A DNA stretch of 64,000 nucleotides from Takakia lepidozioides (taxonomy: Eukaryota; Plantae; Bryophyta), in contig CM060733.1 in assembly GCA_030704615.1 (NCBI GenBank), positions 44,330,001-44,394,000 of the forward strand. The letters are read 5' to 3'. Below are positions 11,494 to 24,565 of this stretch, piece by piece; the first letter of the stretch is position 1; each line of letters begins with the position of its first letter. The notes under the pieces are model-generated. The model was not told the DNA's origin, searched no databases, and saw only the letters and a list, made by a program, of their open reading frames with translations. The position numbers were made by a program, and so were the translations under genes.

Positions 11494-14400
11494 ATGACAA
11501 TGGCAGGGTTTTTGTATGAGACTTTGGAGGCACTGGGGGGAGAATCTTTGGACGCTTCAGCTACGGCGTCACCTTTCCTTTCATTTGAGAACCGGAAACA
11601 CCTGCGGAGCCCAAGAGCAGAAAATTCGTCGGAAGAATTTTTAACCTCCACATTGACAGAGGAACGTCGTCCATCTAAGCGATCAAGGATTGAAGATGCG
11701 AGGGCAGAGGAAACCACAAGTAAGGTGTCGAATATGGAACCCCAAATTGGGGCAGGTTCACCAGAGGGATTATTGCAGATTAACATGTTGGGACCAAGAG
11801 GTCAGGATTTGGCGACGACAGGATTTAGTTTGCCTGAAACACTTGCCAGGGTTTCAAAGACTATCGTTCTGGGCCTCGAGGACGCAGAAATGTTGACCAA
11901 AGTTTTAAGGCAAGGAGAAGAAATTGGTGGATATGAAATGGCATACTTGTCTCTGGATATGGCTGAAAACAATACTGAGAAAGTTGAGGAGGAACGAGTG
12001 CAGAGCAAGGGGAAGGAGGTGGAGCAGGTAGTGAGGGTGGAAGCCCTTAATATAAGAAGCAAAGGAGTAGCTCCATGGGCTCGAAGTGCGGGGCCACACA
12101 ACATATCTTTTCAAAGTCCTCTCTTGCAACTTCATCAAGGTTTGGTTTCCATTTCTGACCAGGGCTCAGTACGACCTTTCCATGAAGAGGTCGCTTGCCA
12201 TGCCAATCATAGTTAGGCTCATTATGCTACGCATATTGTTAGGCGAAAGGGTTTCATGTTATTCATCCTTCACAATATCAATGTCTGCAGAGATTATAGA
12301 CTTTTGTGAGTTTATTACTCCAACTGAGGAGGATCAACAAGAACGGGCAGCAGCAGTCCAGCGAGTGAGTGCGGTTGTCAAAACAATATGGCCCTCTTGT
12401 CAGGTAATGAAGCATATGTATTTGTCATGCTTGCTGGCATCATTCAGTGTGTAAATGTGGATTTGTAGTCGGGGCATCTTGTTGTTTCTCCCATCATTAA
12501 CCTTCTTACCAGCAGCGATGGACATCTGCTTGGTGGAGTTGCATCAGAGAAGAACTCTGATTGTGGGACCGTTTGTGCAAGAAAGCTTCATCACCTTGTT
12601 CCATGTTGGTTTTGCCATGGCACAGAAGTATTGCTAACCCTTGTGCTGGCAGAGCTATGGTATGAAATTATCATGGGATTCTGAACAAATAAAAGATCCA
12701 TGAGATCTTCTTGGAGAAGTTATTAAAGATAGATACCTATCTAATAAGTTGCAGTATGCACGGACATCTAGGAACTTCTACGTTTTCATTTGACGAATAT
12801 GGTTTGGTTTGTCCTGTTGGGTTGTAATAGGCTACATATCCCGATTGGGAAAGGCATTGACAGTTATTAACAAGGTAGGGGTGTGTAATTTGAGTGACCA
12901 TGGCACTTCTTCATCTAATACAGAGTATTGGTGGGCGAACTTTCTTATTCTCCCCTTGTGGAAGTTTCATGCGTTTCTTTGTGTGTCACAGGTCAGGGTG
13001 TTTGGATCCTTTGCTACTGGGCTTTATTTACCAACCAGTGATGTGGACGTAAGCCCTTCTGACTATCATGTGTTTGAGATGGCCATGAAAACTCTAATTC
13101 TGATGGCAGGGTCGATGGTTAGTTTGGAACTGAGTCTTACCCCTTAGGGGCTAGACCCCAGCTGAGTTTCTTACCGTGATCTCTACTCTGATGAGTGTGT
13201 ATGAGTGTGGGCAGTGGACAACTTTGTGTTCCCAAGGCCTGTGTCCAAAACTCTTTCGTTGCACACCAAGAGAGTGTAGTACAAGCCTAAAAGTCTCCTT
13301 TCAGCTCATCGATACCTGTGTATGATGGTATCAACACCAGCCTCATGTAATCCAGCTTTGTATTCTCCGCAGTGCAGCCCACGTTTAAAAGGTTGTCCTC
13401 GTGGTAGTCGGCAGCGTCAAGTTCCCACTCCCTCGAGACCATCTCAGTGTGAAAAAGCTTTAAGAGCTTTGGGCCTTTCCCATGTGAAATTGTTCGCTGT
13501 GATTAAGTTTCCCTCTTCCTCCTCCTGTGAGCGATCAGCTCCATACAGCAGTAGAAAAGTTGCTGATATTGCCCGTAACTGCACCTAAGATTCGTCGGTA
13601 TGCTGAGATATGCTTCATCGGAGGTTTTGTCTTCATGGGACCCACCTCCTCCGACAGAAAAATTGCAATTGGACACAATCGGCATCTCCCTAAAGTATAC
13701 TATGAGAGAAGCATTAGATACTCAATAACAAATGGACAGATAAAAAGCCAACCTTGCTGATGTCCTCAGTGGGACGTCCAGATTGCGGTGGTTCACACTT
13801 TGACAACTTTTCGATTGGTCAGTCTTCCTGTGTAGACGCTGTTCGGATGGTGCACAAAGAAAGACAGAGGGAGAGAGAGAGAATGTACTCATAAGACTTT
13901 GTTTGCTGTAGCCTTGTGGCCCATAGACCCGGCACCCAGTTTGGATAGAAAACACAGAGAGATGCATGCACTGACCATTTCAAAACATTGCACAGCCTTA
14001 TGGGGCATCCCCACAGGATATGAATCCTCTCAGAGTCAGCTGTGTGGTTTCTGTCCACCAAGTCTATGACACTGAGCTTGAAATGACATAGTGCTGGTGT
14101 ACATCCATCGTCACTGCAGTTACAAGTGGTGAGTGTTGTTATACAGTCTCACTTTGGCATTATACTAGCTTCTGACATGTCAGCTGTGGGTGTTATTGCA
14201 CTGCCAGTCACACTGTAGAGGACAAAATGCAGATAAAGAGATGTACCCCTTAGACTTTGCTTGGCATAGCCTTGTAATGATATACCCCACCCCCAGTTTG
14301 CATTGAGCAAGAGACATGATTTTGGAGTTGAGTCATGTTTTTGGAGAAAATCAAAGTGATGGTGAGTGGAGGGAGATGGGAAGGAAAAGCGAGAGAAGCT

Positions 14401-17400
14401 GTCATGCACCTTGCCATCCGCATGTGGCTATGACATTCTCTCTGTGGGAAACTCAATGTGAGGAGTCAGCTCCAGTGTAAGGGGAATTTTTTTTAGAGGT
14501 TGACCAAGCTAATGACAAGCCGTCCTGTAACCATTCAGCAAAGGTATCTTGGCTAGCATTGCCATACTGAATTAAGAGGTTGATTCCATCTCTGCACATG
14601 TAGCCCTGTAGGTTACTGGAAACCTGACACATGTGGCTGTAGTTGCACTGCCAGTCACTGCACTACCAAATACAGCTTCCCTTCTGAGGGGAAGACGGAG
14701 AGGCAGTTGAGGTAGAATTCTGGCCCACTAGGTTAGGTTTACTCATGGGTCATGAAGTCTGTCAAGAAAAATTATCAGAGACACATGTCACTTTGCATGG
14801 CAGGTGGTAGTTCTGGACTCCAGATGCCAAGTCCGGCAAGAAGGCTTGAAAGCCCTTTCCAAAGCATTGACAAGGCATTCAGTGGCAAAGAATTTACAGG
14901 TAATTTGTAGGTTTATTAAACCTGGAGGGATTCTGTTGAGGATTATTTTGTTTACAAAAAACAATACCATTCTGGAATAGCTAGAAGTCAGATTTTCTTG
15001 CATGCAACATGTATGTGAGGGATCATGGAATGTATTTCTGCAGTAGGTTGCTCCTCTTGGGAAGCCACTGTTGCTTCTCAGTTTGGACCTGTGACGTCAT
15101 TTGAAGTTGGGGCTATCGGTAAAATTCAGTCTTTGCTGAATTTGGATGTAAGATGTGACTTGCAACTTGTGGCAGGTCATTGCAAAAGCAAGAGTACCTC
15201 TTGTAAAGTTTGTGGAGACTCAGAGTAACATTTCCTTTGACATAAGGTACTTCAGTTAGTGTTTTTATTCGTACATTCAGGGAGGGAACTGGTAGTTTAA
15301 TATGCCTAATGACCTGCCAGAAGGAAAAAGGTCTCATAGTCTCATGGTCTCATGGTCTTTGAATAGGAGATGAAACATTGACTTGCATATACTCACAAGC
15401 ATGCACATGGGCACCAAAAAGGTCCAGACCTTTTTGTCCCAGAAAACTGACCTTTTTTGGTAGGCTGTTAATGTGAGTTCATGCAGATTTGTGCAAGATA
15501 TCACCAAATCCTTGGGTGTAGTTGACTCTAAACCTCTGTGTGTGGCACAGCTTTGATGTATCCAACGGGCCTGAGGCTGCCGATTTCATAATGGTCTGTT
15601 TCACTGTCGTCGTATATCTCTACTTCTGCACCTTGTCCAGAAATTTCCAGTCAAGAACCAGCAGTTGGAGCCCAGGCTCTTGTGTGTTCAGTCAAATTGA
15701 GCTATTGAATTCAGTTTGCCTTTGGTTTTTGCAAGAATCATCACAGATATTGAGTACTTTCTATGATATTCATGATGTATGATGTTTGTCAAGGTCTTGT
15801 GTTACAGGGTGCAATGAGGGCTCTTCCTCCTTTGAAGCCTTTGTGTCTTGTGCTGAAGATATTCCTACAGCAGCGAGAGCTAAACGAGGTGGGCTTTCTT
15901 ACCTCTGCAAGACCAGAAGGAGCAGAAGTACCAGAAGTATGTCTAGCTATTAGTTTTGCATATGATATTCATGTAAGAGAACTGCAGGAAACCCTTTATA
16001 ACAGCAAAGACGCACCCAATGAAGACAATTACGTAACATCATGAAACAGATTTCGTGAACATCGACTTTGCGAGAAACTTTAAGCAGCCTGTATGCACTG
16101 GGGAGTGGGCAATGTGGAAAAACCCTAAAATTTCTCAGTCAGATGGCATGGGAATGTCGATCCTTCCATACCTCATTGTGTGTAGCGTATGCTGGAGTTT
16201 TCAATTGAAGTTGGAGGACCTCTTGAAATATGTATACCTGCCATTTTGGATGTGTTGTGTCCTGTCCCTGTGGATCTTAGTTCCTAGTGTTGGCTGGTCA
16301 TCTGACTTGTTAATGAACCTATTTGTATTCTTCAGGTCTATCACGGTGGAATTGGCTCCTATGCTCTACTCGTGATGCTGTTAGCACATCTGCAGGTCTG
16401 GACGCTTTCACAAGTTGCTCTTGCTAAGTCTTTCTTATAGAATGTTTACTGGAGTGGAGAGCGCTTCCATTTTCCCTAAGAAAGCTTAGGCTGTTTACTT
16501 CTTATGGAGGGGTAGCCATCGCACACCAGTGTCCACCATGTGCAGATGTCAACTGTGTCTAGGGTTTGTCAGCAAGACAATCTGTGTTTCTACTGGTATC
16601 TCACTTGCCAGGCATGTGTGCAGCAATACCCTTTTAGCTCTGTTGCCAAGGAACCTTGGCTGGCTCTATTTGGCCTACCCCAGGTTATTGGGGACCCACA
16701 GCAGTTGGCCCAGCAACCATCTAGTAGGCCAGCAACCATCCAGTTTCAGGGGCCTCTCTGCTCCATCATAAAACAGAAAACACGATCCCACTGTGGAGTC
16801 AATCAGCCCATCTTTGACAAATACACCAAAATGCAGTGGATGTGTAAACACAATAAACTGTAATTTGACAATTGTTGAGTTGGGTATGAGATTTAGATTG
16901 ATGATTTTGCATCTGCTACCACTGACCTAGTGGAAGTTGCTGCAGATGCATCCTAGCAAACAGCGTGGGAGTAGCAGAGATCAACCTAGTCCACTTGAAG
17001 GCAATCTTGGCATTCTACTGGTATGGAGAATGACTTCAGTTATGCCAGCAATGGTTGTCTCAATATGCTTAACGTAGGCTTGTTACGCTAATGTTTCTGA
17101 CAATGTGGTGCAATTGCTGTTTGGCATTGCAGGTGGACTTTTTCCACCTGTATGGCCGAAGTCTTAACATGAACGATGTAGGTGTCTCCTGTCGAAGTGG
17201 AGGGAGCTTCTTTTCTAAGAGAGCACGGGGGTGAGGCTTTGCTCTCATAGCTCCACTTTCCGCTATGATTTAAGTGCTGGCTTAGCTGCAAACCAGCTCG
17301 TAGTCTATTTCCACTGTTTAGTGAACAAGAGCATCATCAAACCCATCCTCATATAATGGCTTTGCTTGCCTCTTATGTCTTCACATGAACAAGGTTTTAG

Positions 17401-19511
17401 CTTATTGATTTAGTCAGAAATCTCACTGAAAAGTCAGCCAGTTAAGCCTGATTTGGATGCAGTGAAAACAGATTTCAAGCTGGGGTAGGCCCATCCTCTA
17501 ACTGTGTGAAGTTTGCTCCTACTGACTGGGATAGCTGGAAGGCAAACTTACATTTTTAGTCGATTACATCTGACTAGTGCGTAGTGACAATAAAGGTGCA
17601 ACAAGACAAGACTTCCCGATAATGGAGAGAATTTGACAATTTTATTGGATGCAGGTTCAATGACTTTAAACGCCCATTTCTTTTGTCCGTGGAGGATCCT
17701 CAGGTATTAGTTACGCTTTGGCATGTGGCTTTTAGAACTGTGCCTCTAGTGCAAAAATTGACATAATATGAAAGTTCATGGTTGTACAGCTGTCCCCATG
17801 ACCCATGAGGGCTGCCTTACAACACTTGCTCCAAATTCTCCCAGCGTGTCCCTTTGGGTTTGGGGTTTCCTCATGAGAATTCTCTGTTCTTAATTTTGAA
17901 TTGTTTCCAGAGTGATCTGGATTGTAGCTAGAGTGCCTTCATAAGATGGAAGAGGAAGAGAGGCCATGAAAGCACAAAACAAACCCAGGTTGTTTTCACA
18001 GACAGGGTACCTTTATGTTATCAACAAATTGTGGGTTTGCAAATTAAGTCATGTTTTCAATTGAAATTGCTCCATCTGCTGCATAGACCAGTAGACTGGA
18101 TGACAGGCCTTGTTAGGGTGCAAGGTGTTATTAATTTTGAATGACCAGAGGCTTTTTGTGCAGTTTGGAAAGACTTGACCTAATTTTGTGTGCTTTTTCA
18201 CCACAGACTCCTGACAATGACATTGGAAAGAACTCGTATGCTATCCCAAAGGTTGGTTCATGCACCCACTCAGTTGATTTGCAGTTGATTGATGGCTGCA
18301 GCTATTTTTTTGGATTTCCAGTCACAATTATCCTGCTATGCTGAAAAGCATCTGATTTCGTGTGGGTGGCCTTCTACCATTCTCACCACCAAGTTAGGTG
18401 ATTCTGTTTATTGCCCTAAAGGGAAGCTTTTGGACCACTTTACCAGATATTTTTCCAAACTGAGAATCTCATTCTACTCTTGAGAGCAGATTGTATTCAA
18501 ATCAGAACTGCTGGGCTAGTTGTGGTCTTAGTCAAAGACATCTAATTGGACCTTCTTGATTGGATGCAGGTGCGCTCGGCATTCATGCTTGCCCACCGAT
18601 TGCTGACAAAGAGTGGGGACAATGGTCCAGAACACATTGGTGTATTGAGCCGTATTATCCGGATGGATGATAAGCTGATGGGGCGGAAAGTTCCATCATC
18701 AGTTGTGGTCACCGCAATGGAGGGGACCTCAAGGAGACCTGCTGAAGCAACATACCCAGCATCTCACAACTCTACATTGTTGGAACCATACATTGTTGGA
18801 AATGGAACCTTCTCACCAACTGACTCTGACAGTGAGCTTACTCTGTTCACTCGACAGATAGGTCGACGGAGCCGGTGGCTTGACTATGAGGAGGATGATT
18901 TTCCAAGGGGCAGATCAGCCGGTGCATCGACAAAAACTGAGAAATCCGGCAGACTAAAAGAAGTGGGTAGAAGCAAGGAAAAAAATGATACCCGTCAATT
19001 TAGGGACAGTAGTAGGTTTAAGGATAGTCCAATTAGGGCATGGGAAGCACAGGGTGAAGCTGCTGATTATGGCAAAAATGGCAAGAAATATCGCCACAGA
19101 AAAATAGAGAGACCTGTTGATACTTCTCATGGCGGTTACTCACATAACCAAGGCCACACAGCCAAGCGAGGGGACTGGCATCAACAAAATGGAGACACTC
19201 CATGGGGAGGGAAAAGGGACAGCCAGAGTCGTCGGAAGCGCAAACGTGAACAAGATGGAGTAGATGGGCGTCCAACTTTTGTGCTGTCAGATGGCAGGGG
19301 TACTGACCATCCCCCCAAGATGCATTGGGGCAAACAACAAATTCCCGTGGACACTGGTAGAAATAGCAGTGGGAGAAAGTTTTGGTTTCATGAGAGCCCC
19401 AAAAGGAGTAAAGACAATAGTAGCCAGGATGTCTCAAAGCAGGAGGGAAGTGAGAAACCACGGAGAGTTGTCATCACAAAGCCCTCACACAAGAAAATCA
19501 AGTATGTGTAG
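11494..19511 (+). CDS. TRL: TRF4/PAPD5-like non-canonical poly(A) polymerase (nucleotidyltransferase plus PAP-associated domain), 13 exons
   Basis: GT-AG exons: 11494-12139, 12291-12403, 12992-13048 (FGSFATGLYLPTSDVD), 14804-14899, 15176-15246 (IAKARVPLVKF...FDIS), 15551-15593, 15808-15888 (LKIFLQQRELNE), 16336-16395 (GGIGSYAL), 16946-17020, 17133-17230, 17655-17703 (LSVEDPQ), 18207-18251 (DNDIGKNS), 18570-19511. Confidence 0.9.
13860..14310 (-). mobile_element. LINE 3'-end remnants in intron 3 of the TRF4-like gene
   Basis: 13880-13960 (gaatgtactcataagac...gtagccttgtggcc...cccagtttg) matches the 3' end of the LINE at 30456-30520 and is followed on its own strand by a TC-rich tail. A more decayed copy lies at ~14250-14300. 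Confidence 0.6.
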
Positions 19512-22500
19512 GTCTTTTGTGAAATTTTATGGTGCTGCAGAGGTGAAAGTATCTTACTTGTAGGGGCCAGCTCGACCTTGGTGGATGTTGTTCTTACTCA
19601 AAAGCACGCAGCTAACAATGGTCTGAGCAAATTTGCTCCCCTCTCTGCTATATGCTGCGTGAAGGAAGTTCTTTCTGTGTTGGCCAAGCTTATAGCATAA
19701 GGTTCAACGGTTGAACTGTCGAAACCTCATCCAAAGGGTGAAATGAGATATTCCAAGTGTTGGAGAATGCTACTGTTATTAGTACTACTGTCCATAGTGA
19801 CTGTCACTCATCCATCTACTCTCCTGCAGATACTTAAAAGTAAACCTCACGGACAGTAGCATCTTGCAAGAGCCATACAAAGATATTGAAGTTCTGTGAT
19901 TTTGATCATAGGGAGTTCTGGTAGCAAGCTTCCTTTCTTTATGCAGCTTGGAAGTCTTACAGAAATGATTCAAAATCCGGATTTACCAATGCGGCCTGCA
20001 ATGTTTCCCTGACAGAAGCTCTATTTCAAACTGGGTGGGTACCATATCATTATGAGATCTGCGGCTGGTTCAGTGTTCAGTGCAGAGTTTTTCTTTTCCT
20101 TTAAACGAGAGAAGGGATGGTGCCCTGTTACTCAAATTGATCAAGGAAAAAGAAACTTTGTAAGTGCCATAAGGCGTCCAGAGCAAAGGTAGACCTCTTA
20201 GGTGCCATGCAGGGCCTATTAACATACAAAACAAGCAAATGATAAACTGCAGACTAGCATGTAAGACAAGGCCAGAGACAATCAAATTCAGAGGCCCAGA
20301 TGCACAAAATTATGATTATGAGACTACTGCTTGTGCTTCAATGCTTCACAGTTAACATCTTGGAGTTATGATTCTTGTGATGGTGCCAATTGATATCCTC
20401 GTCAAGCTTGAGGGCTGAGGGCCATGGATTGGGTGACCAGCATTGCGGGAGGCTAGAGTCCGCCAGCTGCAAGGAGTCTTTCAGGAATCTTTGAGGAGCT
20501 TGGTTCTCAAACTTCTGCAAGTTGTAGTTGTAGACATGACTCTGCTTCGGAATTATCTCGCAGTAATCAAATCCGCTGGTCCTCCATAGTTCTCCATAGT
20601 GGTTTGTTAATATCAAATAGCAGGTCATTGTACTTGGTACATATACATGTATATTACACGGTTTGCAATCATGTCATAAGAACATGTTTATTGTTTAGTG
20701 GTAAGGCTTGCCGCACATAAGGAAGATGGTGACTTTGGAATCATATGGCATGGCAAGGCTTTCTTTTTGGTGCATCAATGCTTCATAGAAGATGAGAAGG
20801 GTAGTTGTGGAGGGGGATGAAAGAGTGGCAACACATGAGGACAATTGTGTCGGACTCAACCAGCACCTGCCTCCAGTCTGTACCCCTCCAGCATCTTCAG
20901 TTAAGAACCACCCCCATTTTGTGAGAACCTTTCTGTTGAGGATGAGGATAAACTGGACAAACAGAGGGAATAAGATAGCAGACAGACCAATGAACAAAGA
21001 CATTAATACAACATAGAAAGAAGGGAGAAGTTGGGGGCTAGATTGGCAGGAGTATGTCTCTGAACACCAGCTGGTCGCTGGCTCCGGTTAATGAAAATGA
21101 CACTGAAGTAATCTTCTGCCTGATGTCAGATTCTTGGATGTACCCAGAACTAGAGGAGATTTGCAGAATTCATTGCACCCACGATGAGTTGGAAGAGTGG
21201 AAGAGTCTAAGCTCTTTACGTAATCATCATTAAGGTTTCTCTTTCTGTTGCCAAGCTTGTCCTGTGTCACCTTCAGATCGACCAATACTTTCCCCACCTC
21301 AACATTTCCATGTACCCTACTCGTCCAAACGTGCTGGACTCGCTCACTCACGGTGGCACCTTCTCCGCGGTTGTGTTGGGCGAAGGCTCCTGCTTGGATT
21401 TCAGGGGTGAAGGGTTCGCCAACTCTGCATGAACCAGTGCAGCACATTGGTAAAAACGCATTTCCAGGAGCGTGTGGTCCATGGTGAACAAAACTGCAGA
21501 TAAAATCAGAAAGTCACCCTGCTCAAGTCTACCCTCTTGCTTGACCTAAAAGGTGGCTTAGGCACATGGATTTCTAACTTACATTTTGTATCAGGTTTCG
21601 CATTCAAAAGAAAAGAAAAACCACAAAAGACAAATAAATGTAGCATACATGGTGATATAGATATACATATATAGATATATAAACTACACTGAAAGGGATG
21701 GACGCCTGTAAGTGTTAGAAGCTTGTGAGTGTTACAAAGCTTGTACAAGGCAATGTCGGGGAACCTTCAAGGGCCATAGTAAGGACCAAATAGGCGGCTC
21801 GTCACATAATGGCTCCTGTTAGTGGATGAGATATATTAATAACAAAGAACATATTAGGTGATTACAATGTTTATGGTCCATCCAATATGCTTTTGTAATA
21901 CAAAAAATGCAATGTTGGTGCGGTGCATTTGTCCAAATTTGATCTAATTAAGAGCTATAGTGTCATTAGCAAAAGTCAGTTATGGGCTTAAGCAAGCCAT
22001 AATTGGTAACAGTATAAGGTTTTAAGCAAAGTCATATACAGTAAAAGTATATGTATAGACTTAAGCAAAGTCAGAATTGGCAAAAGTCTAAAGGAAGGCT
22101 AAATCCAAGGAAACCACCGAGAACAAGAAAGATATCAAGAATAGCTAAGCCTGGATATCTCAGAGGAGAGCTGGTGCTGATTCTAGGGAGAGGCCTCACA
22201 AAAGAGATCAGTCATGGGAAGATAGTACTTCAAAAAACTCTCCTTGCTGTGAATCGTTTAAAACAGTGATGGATAATGGAAACCCCAGCATATCACAGGG
22301 CAGTTGTGGAACCTAGCAGATCTGGCTATATTGATTAGAAAATTAATGAAATCCGCTCTGCAAGGATTCATTCTATAATTCACACAGAACAACGAATAAG
22401 GTGGTGAGTGTACCGGTAAGCCAGACAACATGACAGGATGGCACCAATAGCTTCGCAGATGAGTTGTGGGGTAGAGTACGCAGAGTCCTTCCTGACAAAA

Positions 22501-24565
22501 TAGTGCGTGCACCCCGGATCCATGAGAAAGATGAATGCCACTATTTTCCAAGCTAGTTCATCTCCAAAAATCCTTCAACCTTTGGTATCACCAGCCACGT
22601 CTCTGAAGTCCTACATCCATTAACAAGATTAGTTTAGTAGTTTTTGTTGTCCATGCTTTAAGTGATTATCACTTGATAGTCAAAGCAGGTTAAAAAGGGG
22701 CTGTTGCAGGAAACACAGACCTGACTCCAATGGTGGTTTCTTGGGCGGCTCGTGCCAGTCTCCCCAGAGGACTATCCCCTGCCACATCAATGTCCAGTGC
22801 AGCACTCCTATCTGACACAAGCACAAGATACAACCCAGGTTGTTACTATCACCGCCACTGAAACAGCTTAAGAATGCATTACCAGATGACTCAAAAGCAA
22901 CTCTCTTGAGGCAACATGAAGCCTCAAAATCTCTAGCACAGTGAGACTCATCAAATGGAGAAAATTCCAAGTTGAGAACTATACACTAGGCACTCCGATT
23001 GAAAGGTGCCACTACGCCTAGACTTGTACTAGGTTGAGGAAACAATAAATTGGCTTTATAATCTAGTTAGTGTAACAGCTTAACCATTGTAAACTGAACT
23101 GGCTTCACTACCTAGGATTATCATTTACCTCCGCTTCATTGAGACAAAGGATCTCCCTACATGCTAGTAAGAAGTAAATTGAAGAAGTATATAAAGAGAT
23201 TCGCATCTATCCTGCAAATAACATCTATATGAACAGAATTCTTACATGCCAGCCTACAAAGCTGAACAGGAAGTTGATCAAGATGTAGCGTCCGAGACAA
23301 CCTTCCCAAGAAAGTAAGCCCGACGGTGGGGCGCCAGGGATTGTCGATCATGTCGTCCGGTACACCAATGTACTGATTGCCGAGATTGAAGATGTAGACG
23401 CACAGCCATGAGTACAGAACTTCCTTACCAACCGTTTCTGCAGCATGAATCCAAAATTGTTGATTTAATCTGTAGACAAACGGAGCATTATGTGAGAGGA
23501 TGATGTTACTACTTAAGGGCGCAGTCAAAAGCCTTGGAGTGATCTCACTAGCCTTTTAGTGTTCCCTACTCCATAAATATCACCAAGTACCACGGGATTT
23601 TGTCCGAATGGTCCAGTGATTCCAGGTATGCTTGCAAGGCGCGATGAGCTCCAGCTGCAGATATTGTTTCCAAGGTACATATATATCAAGATATCTGATA
23701 AAAACTAAGATGTATCCGGAAGTTGTATCAGGTGTGTACATTAGACAGAAGTAACATTAAGGACACCTCTCTGTAATTTTAGATCACGTACACTAAGTCT
23801 CTTAAGCACACACAATGTGCTTCCAAAACCTAATTGAGGACCAAAAGTCTTGTCCTTGAGATTGTGGACTTACCCCTGCATGTGGGGTTGCATTGCTAGA
23901 ATGTTGATGCCAACACACCAATAGGGAAGCATCACATAAGGAAAGTCGTTGCATGATATCAAGTAGAGTATCTTCATCTCCTTTAGTACAAGCTTGGCCA
24001 TAGCTGCTATGGGGTGGTCCTCTTCCAGTTTCGGCCCAACAGCGCCTCCTGTGCTTACCTCGCTGAGTAATGTTTTCCGTGCAAATCTTAAGGGGATCAC
24101 CTCGCTCGACACGAAGCAGCAAAGGATTCATAGAGCGCATCTCAAAAGATGAATTAAGCTCTTCATTCAGACTTGCTCGGATCGTCATTTGACGAGTCTA
24201 CTTCTACAATACACACATGTCACACATGCATTCCATCATCTCACTTGCTCTGAATCCCTTAGAGCTGTCCCTTGTTTTCAATGGGAAAATTTCAGACCCT
24301 TTCAAGGTTCGACAAATTAATGACCTTTTTCGTTCAATCTCAATACTCTTCTCCCTTTGTCTATCACCACTTCTTCATGAGGATGCTGAAAGGTCCAGTT
24401 ACCTGCAAGCTACACAACCTTTCAGAATTATGGTAGCCAATTTTATCACATGGATCCCTCAACAGTCTCTTGACTCTTCTTCTCAGGAAATGGTGGATGA
24501 ACTGAGGAGTTCCACAGAGCAGTGAATGAAGCAAAACACTCGCACCTTTCCAGAAAGACATTGTT

